DNA from: the human T2T-CHM13v2.0 reference genome, Homo sapiens
Assembly: GCF_009914755.1 (NCBI RefSeq)
Contig: NC_060937.1
Strand: one strand, 5' to 3'
Length of the DNA: 64,000 bases
Shown here: piece after piece, positions 29,561 to 42,757 of the stretch
How positions within the stretch are numbered: position 1 is the first letter of the stretch
Layout of the letters: each line of letters opens with the position of its first letter
Made by a program: the position numbers and the translations under genes
Notes under the pieces: generated by a model
What the model saw: the letters and a program-made list of their open reading frames with translations, nothing else
The model's database searches: none
Told to the model about the DNA's origin: nothing

Positions 29561-30242
29561 TAGTAGTTGCTCCTTATCCACATGGTATATGTTCTAAAAC
29601 ACCCAGTGGATGCCTGAAACCATGGATAGTATTAAACACTATATACACTGCTTTCTTGTATGCATATATACCTATGATAAAGTTTAATTTATAAATTTAG
29701 CACAGTGAAAGTTAATAATAAAATAGAACAATTGTAACAGTATTCTGTCACAATTTCTCAGATAGAAGAGTTGTTCTTACCGTAGAGCTTAGGAACTGCA
29801 GCGTATGGTTGTTTTTTTTCTTTCCATATATGATAGCAAGAACCTTTACTTATGCACTTAAAGGATTTTGTGGCTTCTCTTTGGCATATCCAAATTGCCA
29901 GCATCACTATTCTTGCACTTGAGGCTATTATGAAGTAAACTGAGGGTTACCCGAACACATGCACTATGATACTGTGACAATCAATCTTATAAACCAAAGG
30001 GCTACTTATTGACTCATGGGCAGGTAGCTTAGAGATCATGGATATGCTGGACAAAGGGATAATTCACATCCTGGGCAAGACAGAGCAGGAACGTGTTAGA
30101 CTTCATCATGCTACTCAGAACAATGTGCAGTTTAAAATCGTGAATTGCTTATTTCTAAAATTTTCCATTTAATATTGTCAGATCTTGACCGATTGCAGGT
30201 AACAAAAACTGAAAAGTGAAACCACTGACAAGCAGACTACTG
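29561..30242 (-). mobile_element. MER44 (Tigger7-derived) DNA transposon fossil
   Basis: Degenerate TIRs tagtagttgctccttatcc ... agcagactactg, TA flanks, internal ccagtggatgcctgaaacc and tggatatgctggacaaagggataattcacatcc. Confidence 0.85.
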
Positions 30243-31306
30243 TAATAGTATATAATGTAATATTTCAGCAATATTCAAAACTTCAGATGATTTTAAAATT
30301 GTGAACTAAATATTAGTGTTTAAAATTTAAGGGGAAAATATAAGACACTGAAAGATAGAAAGAAGGAAGACTGCCTTTCGTATTTTTTTGTTTTTGCCTC
30401 CTAAATCTTAAACTTGGAGTTGAAGAAAATGAAGATGGCAATAAAAACAGACAAAAATTCCCCGATGACAAAAGATGTTCTCTTTAGCCCAAAGAGACAG
30501 TCTATCAAGACAAACTTTAAATAGTAACTGTTGTGATCCAGCTAAACGTCACAGAAAACTGTTGTTCTACACTCATCTACATCAGCAAAGGACAAGTGGG
30601 AAGCCTTGAATTTCACACTTACTAGGCCACAAAAAGCTTCCCCTAATTCCTGCAAGCCTAGTGTCAGATAAGACCAGGTAGGAAATTAGGAATTTCATTT
30701 TCACTGACTGGCAATGAGTGCCAAATGTGTGATGTCAGTGTTGAAAACAGGGGAAGCCTGGACTACAATCCCTTTTAGCGTTAATAAGTTACCTTTGTCC
30801 CTCTCTACGTGGGCTGTATCTGAAGATGGTAGAGAGTCAGGACTCTCATCAACACTCAGGATGAATAAAGCCTTCACCATCATGGAGCCCATGTAGAGAC
30901 CAGAAGTCTCAGTAGGAACTTCTGTCCAGTAGCAAGGAGGAATCCTCTCATTTTGTATGACAATGGAAACTATGTAGAGAATTTAGACTACTATCTTCAA
31001 CTGGCAGTAATAGAGTGCCCCACTCCTTTCTCCTGTAAAAATGGTGTCAGGGAAAGCAAGTGAAGACAGAAAATTAAATGAAATCTATATTTTTATACCA
31101 TAATACCCACATTGGAAAATCATTCATTATACAGAGAACAGGAAGAAGGAAGATTTCAAACTGAATGAAAGAAAATCAACTGATGCCAACACTGACATGA
31201 TAGAACTATTAGATTTATATGATAGTAATTTCAAAGCAGCTATGTTAAAATGCTTCAAGGAACAATTATGAACATACTTGAAGCAAAAGTAAAAATTGAA
31301 AGTTTC

Positions 31307-31709
<403 letters not shown>

Positions 31710-32017
31710 TTAATAGCAAAAGGGAGGAGAGAAAGAATAGGATTAATGAACTGGAAGATAGAATAATAGAAATTACCCAATCTGGAGGAGAATGGACTGA
31801 AACATAATCAACAGAAACTCTTGAACCCATGGGCTATAACAGAAGATCCAATGTTTATGTGATTGAAATCATAGAAGGAAAGGAGGAAGAGGCAGGTGTT
31901 AAAATTTTTCAACAAAATGATGGCTGAAACCGCTCCAGATTGGACTAAATCAATTATTCAATAAACCTACAGACTCACGAAGCTGAGCAAATCTCAGAAT
32001 AATCTCAAGGAAATTAA

Positions 32018-32636
<619 letters not shown>

Positions 32637-32903
32637 GACAAAGTCTATAATATTTAAATTTCTGAAAATGAAAGACTGTTGAAAGTCTTAAGAGCTGCCA
32701 GATAATAGCATCACCTTATCTATGATGGGAAATGCAATTAGAATGACAGTGGATTTCCCATCAGAAACTACTGCCTGAGAAAATAACAATATTTTTCAAG
32801 TCCTGGGGAAAATGAAATCTGTATACTCAGAAATTAAGACTTTCTTAAATGAAGGAAACCTAAGAGAATTTATTTGCAGATTGATTCTAAAAAATGGCTA
32901 AAG

Positions 32904-33195
<292 letters not shown>

Positions 33196-34205
33196 CTAAA
33201 GTTTTGATGTCTAATAAGAAAAGAAACAATAAAACGAAAGCTTGGAATACTAAAAAGGAACAAAGACAAACATATGAAATGTGGGTAAATAGAATTTCCT
33301 TGTTCTCAATTTTTCCAAATCATATACTAGGGGTAAAATGAAAATTATAACACCACTGTAGTCTGAAATGTTTGTGGAAGAATTGTTGAACACAATTATA
33401 AGTAGGAGAGGGTAAGGGAACATAGGGAGAACTCAAACTGATGAAACAGCAGACTGTGATTAGTAATGTATACATAATCTAATAGCTAGAGAAACCACTT
33501 GAAAGGCTATATAAAGAGATATACAAAAACACTAAAAATAAGTCAAAATGGGATTCCAAAATATATTCAAGTAACCCAAAATTAGGCAGAAAAAAATGGA
33601 AATAAAACAGAAAAGTATGAAAGAGCAAAAGTAATCCCAACATATCAATAACTAAATGTAAATGCTCCAAATATACCACCCCAAAATAGAGACTGACAAA
33701 ATAGATTAAACAACATAGCGCAACTGTATGTTATCTGTAAGAAACACACTTCAAATATAACAGTAATGGTAGTTTGAAAACAAAAGGTTGGAAAATACAT
33801 ATCATGCAAATATTAAAGTGGCTATATTAATATCAAATAAAGTAGATTTAAGAACAAAATAAATTACCATGTATAAAAAAGGCACTGCATAATGATAGAA
33901 GGATCATTTCACCAAGAAAACATAGCAATCCTAAATGTGTATCCACCAAACAGGAGAGCAAATAGTTCATGAAACAACTGATAGAACTGAAAGCATAAAC
34001 AGACAAAATCTACAATTATCAGTAGATACTTTAACACTCATCTGTCAATAATTGATAGGGCAATTAGATAGATAATCTGCAAGGGTATAGAAGTTAACAA
34101 CCTCATCCACCAACAGAATCTAATCAGCATTTGTCCGCAACTTTACACTAAAACAGAAGAATATACATTCTTTTCAAGTACCCATGGTACATATTACAGA
34201 ATGGA

Positions 34206-34207
<2 letters not shown>

Positions 34208-34246
<39 letters not shown>
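34208..34246 (+). repeat. Pure A39 homopolymer
   Basis: Direct count. Confidence 0.95.
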
Positions 34247-34251
<5 letters not shown>

Positions 34252-35072
34252 AATTTAAAACAGGTGAAATCATTCAATCACAATGGAACCACCTGAAAAC
34301 CAATAAAGACAAGCAGACAATCAAGCAAATCAATTTCTCTGAACACTTAGGAACTAACCAGACCATTTCTAAATCATCCATGGTTTAAAGCCAACATCTC
34401 TAGTGAAATTTTAAAAAATACAATGAACTGAATGAAAATGAATATTCAACATTTCAAATTCACAGGATAAAGCAAAAGCAGTGCTGAGAGGGGACTTTAT
34501 AGCATTAAATACCTACCTGAGAAAAATAGAAAAAAATCTTAATCTAATCCCCAACCTGAAGAACCAAGGGGGAAAAAAAGCAAAATAAACTTAAAGCAGA
34601 AGGAATAAGTAATGAAGTAAAAGTCATTGAAATTTAAAGCAGTTAAACAATAGAGAAAAATCAATAAAATAAAAGTTTGACTGTTTGAAGAGTTCAGTCA
34701 ATAAAACTGACTTGTAGCATGACAGGAAAAAAGATATAAATTACCATTATCAGAAATGAAATGGGATTTCACTATAGACCTTGCTGACATCAAATTATAA
34801 TAAAAAAAACTATAACTCTCAAAACATAAATTTGACAACTTAGAATGATCGATTCTTTGAAAAACATAAAATGTCACAATTCACACAATATAAAATAGTT
34901 TGCATATCCTTCTAATACCATAAAAGGAAAATGAATTTTTCATTTGAAAACTCCCCCCAAAAATTCCACAGGTCTAGATGGTTTCACTGGAAAATTATAT
35001 CTAAAGCTTAAACAAGAATTAACACCAAGTCTTCATAATTTCTTTCAGATATAGGAAAAGCAGAAAAAATTA

Positions 35073-35449
35073 TGTGTTAGTCTGTTTTCACATTGCCTTA
35101 AAAACCTGCCTGAGACTGCATAATTTATAAAAGAAAGAGGTTTAATTGACTCACAATTCAGCATGGCTGGGGAGGCCTCAGGAAACTTATAGTTGTGGTA
35201 GAAGGTGAAGGGGAAGCAAGACATCTTCTTCACAAGGCAGCAGAAAGGAGAATAAACGCAGGAGGAACCATCAAACACTTATAAAACCATCAGATCTCGT
35301 GAGAGCTCACTCACTCTCAGGAGAACAGCATGGGGAAACTTCCCCCATGATTCAATTAGCTCAACCTGCTCTCTCCCTTCACATGTGGGGCTTATGATGA
35401 TTACAATTCAAGATGAGAGTTTGGGTGGGAGCACAGCTGAAACATATTA
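35073..35449 (-). mobile_element. THE1D-like MaLR solo LTR inserted in the L1M ORF2 remnant
   Basis: tgtgttagtctgttttcac...ggaggcctcaggaaactta...aaaaccatcagatctcgtgaga...ttacaattcaagatgaga. Confidence 0.92.
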
Positions 35450-35569
35450 ACTTCTCAATTTACTTCATGAAGCCAGGATTACCTTGATATAAAAACAAGC
35501 CAAAGGCAGTACCAAAATGAGACCAATATTCCTCATGAATATAGACACAAAATATCTTATTAAAATGAT

Positions 35570-36350
35570 ACTTTAGCTTGGTTTATAGTGTTGTTGAAGT
35601 TTTATATATCCCTCCTAATTTTCTATTTCTTTTAGCAATTATTGAAATGTGTGCTGACATCTCTAACTATGGTTGTGGACTTGTGTATTTCTTCTTTCAG
35701 TTATATAGGGTTTTGCTTCACCTGTTTTATGTTTGTAATAGTTGCGTGAATCATTAGGACTATTATATCCTCCTGGTGAGCATCCTTAATTCTTCTTGAA
35801 TTACAAGACTTCCCCCTCTGGTTTATGGTAACATGGACACTTTACAATCCTCTCTGAGCTCAGAGGACATTTTCCCTTGCTCTTTTTAGGTGGTTCTTTC
35901 CCCAACACTTGGTATCATCCTCACACTCACACATGCTGATTAGTACCTAGCCGAGGACTCCAAGGGAACACTTTGCAGATGTCCAATGCAGCTCTCTTTT
36001 CTCTGTTGTTTTGTCTTGTGAATTTCTAGCCATGTTGGCCTTCTTTTACTCCTCCTTTAGCCTTCCATTTCTTCATCTCAGGCGGTTCACTGGTCTCCAC
36101 CAGCTCACTTTTATGGCTTAGGTCTGTGATCTTTCTTCAGTGAGTATAATAGTACAACTAATAGGGCCGATTTTATTTTTTTCTTCTCTCTGAGGTACTA
36201 TTCCCCTGTGTTGCCTGATATGCAATAACTGAACATTGTTGTTTTATATATTTTGTCAATTAATTTTTTAACTGCTGTTGTGTTGTTTGGTTTTTGTTTG
36301 TTTCTTTCTTTCTTTCTTTTTTCCAGAATGGAGAATAAACCTTTTCTGTT
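35570..36350 (-). mobile_element. Second ancient L1M fragment in the opposite orientation (endonuclease piece joined to 5' region)
   Basis: ctaactatggttgtggacttgtgtatttcttctttcagtt followed by 5'-region-like tttaggtggttctttcccc...ctgtgttgcctgata...ttttatatattttgtc. Confidence 0.6.
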
Positions 36351-37389
36351 GGGTGTATGTGTGTGTTTCCTAAACCTTCAAAGTAAGGCATAAATTACAT
36401 GTACAAACGCAATTAAAATATTAGTTTAAAAAGAAAATAGAGGATGGTAGATGCAGGAATCAGATCTAGTGTTAGATGAACAGAATGCTTTCTCCTTAAA
36501 ATAATAATTAAAAAATAAACCTTTAGAAGGCAAGGAGGATACCGAAAGGAGGTCTGTCAAAGTTGTTTATTCACTGATTTGTGATTGAGAGCTTGTTTTT
36601 CCTCCAATTAAAAAGTCACTTCATGAAAATAAGATTTTCTAATTGTGATTTATCTTTAATCCTTGCATGCAAAATGTTTCCTGAGCCATTCACGAATACT
36701 ATTTAGTTTCCTCAGAGGCTCTCTAATGAATAAGGTAGCCAAGTAGGAGCCATTAGGGGCTCAATTTTTCAATGAAAAGCACATCCCTTCCTTTCCCCTC
36801 CCATTTTCATGGTTGGTAGTAGGAGAAAACATGTCTATGTATAGAAATAATGTAAAGAACCTCTACTGTGGACCCTGGATCATCACATTTGTATATAAAT
36901 AACATTATACACATGAGAGTATATTTGATCACATTGACTCTACCAGGACAATAAATAAATGTGAAAGCTTGTTTTTGAAAGCCGCTATACCTTTAGAGGA
37001 ACAGCAGATTTATATTGCCATAAAATTCCTGATATTGACTGAATCTTTCAAATATTAATGGTGTTTATACTTCATTTGTACGTGATCACCTTATTAGACA
37101 TATCTGTATGTCCGTCCAGATTGAGGGAGTCACATGATTAATAAATCATTTAATTAGAAAGACATTAGTTATTCCATTCCATTAGAGTCCTGATGTTTAA
37201 TTTACTACAATTAAATGGTCAGTTTATTAAATTTCATAGGATTTAAGATTGCATCCAAGCCTATAGGACTCCAAGTTATTCAGTGGCTGTAAGTATAGCA
37301 CCCAAATCCACTTAGCTGTGACTGTGGGCAATCACCTTTCTGAGGGCTTTACATATATACATTTAATCATCACACATCTGCGATGATTA

Positions 37390-37545
37390 AATTATAATGG
37401 CTAAATTATAATATTCACATTTTACAGAAAAAAATTAACAATCAGGTTAAGTAATCTAAAGGCATCTGCCTACAAGTGATAGAGCCACCAATCCAACAGT
37501 GTAAATGCAAAACCTGTGCACTTTTCCCTGCCCTGTGGTTCACCA
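37390..37545 (-). mobile_element. MIR fragment
   Basis: attcacattttacagaaaaa...aggttaagtaatct...aagtgatagagcca. Confidence 0.45.
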
Positions 37546-38026
37546 GTTCTATCTTATTTCTGCTAATCCTGTTCAAATGTATAACTGATAACCAAAGCAC
37601 TAAAGGACAGGATTTAACTGTATTGTAATAAAAACGCTGTAAGACAAACATTCTGCCAAAATGAACTACTCCACTGGATTCCTTGGGAACACGTCATTTC
37701 TTCACTTGGCCTGCCCATTTTTTTCTTCTTATTGCAATACTCTATATTCCTTTACTTCTAATTGAAGGTCTTTACCAGTTTGAGTTTTTAATAAAGCAAA
37801 TTATTGACTGAAAAAATGAAATCTTATTTCCTTGGCCTCTTTGCTCATAATTTTTTATAGTGTAATCACAATGTAGTAATAATTATTCATTTATAAGGGA
37901 CTCTGTTTTATTTATCATTCTGTTCTTAACCCCCAGTAGGTACCAAATGGATGGAAGAATGAAATAACTGATTGGATCATAAATCCAATGAATGAAGCTA
38001 TAGGAATTGTAAAAAGCAAGTTTTGA

Positions 38027-38107
38027 TCCTTCCTTCCTTCCTTCCTTCCTTCCTTCCTTCCTTCCTTCCTTCCTTCCTTCCTTCTTTCCTCTCTCTCTCT
38101 CTCTCTC
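38027..38107. repeat. (TTCC)n + (CT)n microsatellite at the Alu tail position
   Basis: About 14 consecutive TTCC units, then a CT run. Confidence 0.95.
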
Positions 38108-38437
<330 letters not shown>

Positions 38438-38829
38438 TGACAAAGGGGTTTGGGTTGCAGAACCTTCACCTTTGGGATATCACACCACCTTTGGTTGCTA
38501 TGAGATAATATCACCCAACCCAAATGCTAGTACCTATGTAGAAAATATAAAATCTATCTATGGAATTTATAAGCCTCATCTTTAGGCACTCTACTCCTCA
38601 TTCCAATGTGTTCATGTGTTTTGTCTTGCCTACCTGGGAAACCTTTGGCAAACCTTATTCTTTCTCCATATTTACTTCATCAAATCCTCTCTCAGTAATA
38701 ATACAATCATTCAATTCATACACTTAATAGTAGAAGGAGAAAGGTTTGAGGTGAGGAAAAGAAAAAAAAATGGCTGTGCGATTTCAGGACCTCAGAAAGT
38801 TGAATTACATAGGAGGTATTAGATGGCAA

Positions 38830-39195
38830 AGTTTCAGTCCATTTTCATGCTTCTGCTGATAAAGACATACCTGAGACTGGGTAATTTATAAAGAAAAGAA
38901 GGTTTAATGAACCCACAGTTCCATGTGGCTGGAGAGGCCTCTCAATCATGTCAGAAGGCAAAAGGCATGTCTTACATGGTGGCAGGTAAGAGAGAATGAG
39001 CACCAAGAGAAAGGGGAAACACCTTATAAAACCATCAGATCTTGTAAGACTCATTCACTACCATGAGAACAGTATAGGAGAAACTGCCCCCCATGATTCA
39101 ATTGCCTCCCATAGGGTCCCTCTCATAACACGTGGAAATTATGGGAGCTACAATTCAAGATGAGATTCGGGCGGGGACACCACCAAACCATATTA
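38830..39195 (-). mobile_element. THE1B/C-like MaLR solo LTR
   Basis: ctgctgataaagacatacctgagactggg...cacgtggaaattatgggagctacaattcaagatgagatt...ccaaaccatatta; TSD ggcaa/ggcag. Confidence 0.92.
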
Positions 39196-39327
39196 GGCAG
39201 CGAAGTATCATTTCCAGTTTCCAGTTTCCCCGAAGTTACCCCACCTTCAAGAAAAGAAGAAACGTGCCTATTGCTTAGCTAATCTTCTCTTTTTATTGTT
39301 TACTTAATGTTATGTTTTCTTTTAAAT

Positions 39328-39358
39328 CTAGTCAAGTGAAGCAGTGGGAGTAGAGAAG
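39328..39358 (-). pseudogene. RNY3: Y3 RNA retropseudogene, 3'-terminal 31-nt fragment
   Basis: ctagtcaagtgaagcagtgggagtagagaag matches the reverse complement of the recalled hY3 3' end at 30/31; T-rich decayed tail at ~39290-39323; TSD-like atcttctcttttta / atcttcttttta. Confidence 0.8.
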
Positions 39359-39969
39359 AGATCTTCTTTTTAAATATCTCTTCCCTGACCTCAGGTTGAT
39401 TATCAGTTTTTTCCCCTGAAGACTCTAAATCTATTATTAGAAAACTATCTGATGAAGTTGCTCTAGAATAGTAGTGCTCAAGAATTGCCACATACCAGAA
39501 TCATCTGAAAACTTTTCATCTATCTACGTATCTCTCTATCTATTCATTATCTTTACTAAACTTTAAAGAGGCTTCTTTTGGATTATGGGCCCCTGAACTA
39601 CCTTTTCATATGGCATGTTTAGAAAACTTGTAGTTATCAATTATTTCCTTTTCCTGTTGACATACAAATCACTTTTAAAGTCTCTCAACAGTTTTACAAC
39701 TCAGGATGAAGGATTAAAAGGATAAACAAATAATTTTATCTCTCATTTAGAAAAACCATGCCACATACTTTATTACCATGTATAAAAATAAACCCTAAAA
39801 TAATTATGAGTGTATTAAGGCCTCCATTATAACTATTTAATGAATTAACAGAGTTTTGAAAAATAGAAGTAAAGGCATTGAATGGTATTTAATCAGTGAA
39901 CAATTATATTACATGTCTTTGAACTACTGTACAAATCAGTATAAACCAAAGTGTTACTGGAAAGGGTTC

Positions 39970-41076
39970 TGTATTAGTCTGTTTTCATACTGCTCTAGAG
40001 AAATGTCTGAGAGTGGGTAATTTCTAAAGAAAAGAAGTTTAATTGACTCACAGTTCAGCATGGCTAGGGAGGCCTCAAGAAACTTACAATCACCTTGCAA
40101 GATGAGGCAGGCACGTCTTAGATGACGGCAGGTGAGAAAGAGCATGTGAAGAAGGAACTGTCAAACACTTATAAAACCATCAGATCCAAGTCTTCGCTAT
40201 TGTAAATAGTGCTGCAATAAACATACTTGTGCATGTATCTTTAGAGTAGAATGATTTATAATCCTTTGGGGATATACCCAGGAAAGGGATTGCTGGGTCA
40301 AATGGTATTTCTAGTTCTAGATCCCTGAGGAATCACCACACTGTCTTCCACATGGTTGAACTCATTTACACTCCCACCAACAGTGTAAAAGTATTCCTAT
40401 TTCTCCACATCCTCACTAACATTTGTTGTTTCCTGACTTTTTAATGATGGCCATTCTAAGTGGTATGAGATGGTATCTCAATGCCCATCAATGATAAACT
40501 GGATAAAGAAAATATGGTACACATACACCATGGAATACTATACAGCCATAAAAATGAGTTCATGTCCTTTGCAGGGACATGGATGAAGTTAGAAACGACA
40601 ATTCTCAGCAAACTAACACAGGAACAGAAAACCAAACACCACATGTTGTTACTCATAAGTGGGAGTTGAACAACGAGAACACATGGACACAGGGATGGGA
40701 ACATCACATTCCGAAGCTTGTAGGGGGGTAGGGGGCAAGGGGAGAGAGAGCATTAGGATAAATACCTAATGCATGCAGGGCTTAAAACCTAGATGATGGA
40801 CTGATGGGTGCAGCAAACAACCACGGCACATGTATACCTATGTAACAAACCTGCACATTCTGCACATGTACTCCAGAACTTAAAAGTAAAATAAAAAACA
40901 AAAAGCAAGGAAAAAGAAAACCATCAGATCTTGTGATAACTCACTCACTATCACAAGAACCGCATGAAGTAAACCACCCCCATGATTCAATCACCTCCCA
41001 CCAGGTCCCTCTCTAAACACCTGGGATTAAAATTCAAGATGAGATTTAAGTAGGGACACAAAGCTAAACCATATCA
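39970..41076 (-). mobile_element. THE1D/MSTA-like MaLR LTR nested in MER41 (39970-40186 + 40931-41076)
   Basis: tgtattagtctgttttcatactgct...aaaaccatcagatc | ttgtgataactcactcactatc...aaaccatatca. Confidence 0.9.
40187..40916 (+). mobile_element. L1PA8-like insertion with 5' inversion (inverted 40187-40480, sense 40481-40916)
   Basis: Antisense ORF2 C-terminal piece, then sense 3' end (taatgcatgcagggcttaaaacctagatga) and A tail; perfect 14-bp TSD aaaaccatcagatc (40173-40186 / 40917-40930). Confidence 0.95.
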
Positions 41077-41295
41077 GGGGCTGATCCAGACTCTAAGAAA
41101 AGGTTCTTGGATCTCACACAAGAAAGAATTCAGGACAAGTCCACAGAGTAAAGTGAAAGCAAGTTTATTGAGAAAGTAAAGGAACAAAAGAATGGTTACT
41201 CCACAGGCAGAGTAGTGGGATGGGCTGCTTGACCAAGTATACTTACAATTATTTTTTGATTATATGCTAAAAAGTGGGTGCACTATTCATGAGTT

Positions 41296-41325
41296 TTCTG
41301 GGAAACGGTCAGGGAATTCCTGGAA
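41296..41325. promoter_or_regulatory. Tandem GAS-type (TTCNNNGAA) STAT motifs inside MER41
   Basis: TTCTGGGAA at 41296-41304 and TTCCTGGAA at 41317-41325; motif match only, activity unknown. Confidence 0.45.
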
Positions 41326-42402
41326 CTGAGGATCCCTCCCCTTTTTAGACCACATAGAGTAACTTCCAGTGGTTGTCATGGCATTTGAAAACTGTCATGG
41401 TACTGACGGGAGTGTCTTTTAGCATGCTAATACATTATAATTAGTGTATAATGAGCAGTGAAGATGACCAGAGGTTACTTTTGTCACCATCTTGGTTTTG
41501 ACAGGTTTTGACTGGCTTCTTTACTACATCCCGTTTTATCAGTGGAGTCTTTGTGTAAATATCATCTTCCACAAGAATCTCTATTAATATCTTAAAAGCA
41601 AAACTTATTCTTAAACTAGGAATGCTTTTGTTCTTAAGATATAAGGACATCAGGCATTTCCTGGGTCTCTTCAGTAAACGTTATTAACCTGTTCCCTTAG
41701 TGGTAAATCTTCTGTGACTAAGAATGCTTAACTCCTGAGAATGCAACCCAGTAGGTCTCAGCCTCATTTTATTTAGCCCCTATTCAAGATGGAGTCACTC
41801 TGGTCAGAAGGCCTCTGCTAAGGGGGCTAGATAATAACAACTATGATGAAATATGAATATTGAACATTTCAGTTACATTAAAAGTGATCCTCTGATGTGT
41901 GTATTCCTGTATAGTAAAACATCATATCATTGCAAAAACCAATGACCTGATTAGGATGAATGAGTCACTATAGATGGTTTAGCAGACACAAAGAGCAAAG
42001 TCAGAACACTACTGTCTGTTACATAGCAGAGAACCATCAAATGCTAACACATTTGTACCTGACATTATGACAAATTAAAAGACATCACTACAGGCACAAA
42101 AGCATTAACATCCTGGTGTGGAGGTTGTGATGTAATTTGGTATATTGCCAAACAATAATACATTGTTTGCCAAATGTTATAATTATTGTGTCAATTGTAA
42201 CATTTTATTCTAAGTTCTTCATATAAAAACTAAGACTTTAACTTCTCAGACCTAAAAATTATCAGACTTGTAATTTTGCATAGGTCAGTATCCTGCTGAA
42301 AATAAATGCATAAATTAATTCAGGACAATCTTGGCAGAAATAGAAGTGTTCATAAAAGTTTTGTTATTATCACTCAAACTATCTTTCTTTTTGTCTTCAA
42401 TA

Positions 42403-42757
42403 ATTTTATTTTACTTTATTTAATGCTATCTTATTTTGTTAATTTATTTTATTTTATTTTTAATTTTATTTTATTTTTCTGAGACAGGGTTTTACTCTGT
42501 CGCCCAGGGTGGAGTACAGTGGTGGGATCATAGCTCATTGCAACCTTGAACTCCTGGGCACAAGGGATCCTGCTGCTACTCGAGTAACTAGAACTACAAG
42601 CACATGCCACCATGTCAGGCTAGTTTTCAAATTTTTTGTAGAAATGGGGTTTTGCGTTGTTGCCCAGGCTTGTCCCAAACTCCTGGGCTCCAGCAGTCCT
42701 AACAATTTGGCCTCCCAAAGTGCTGGGATTACAGGTGTGAACCACTGCACCCAGCCA
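42403..42757 (-). mobile_element. AluJ with long decayed (TTTTA)n tail
   Basis: gagacagggtttt...gatcatagctcattgcaaccttgaactcctggg...caaagtgctgggattacaggtgtgaaccactgcacccagcc. Confidence 0.92.

Larger units (their letters stand above)
39952..41820 (-). mobile_element. MER41-family ERV1 solo LTR (39952-39969 + 41077-41820), interrupted
   Basis: tgttactggaaaggg | ctgatccagactctaagaaaaggttcttggatctc...cccagtaggtctcagcctcatttt...cctattcaagatggagtcactctggt...cctctgcta. Confidence 0.85.
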
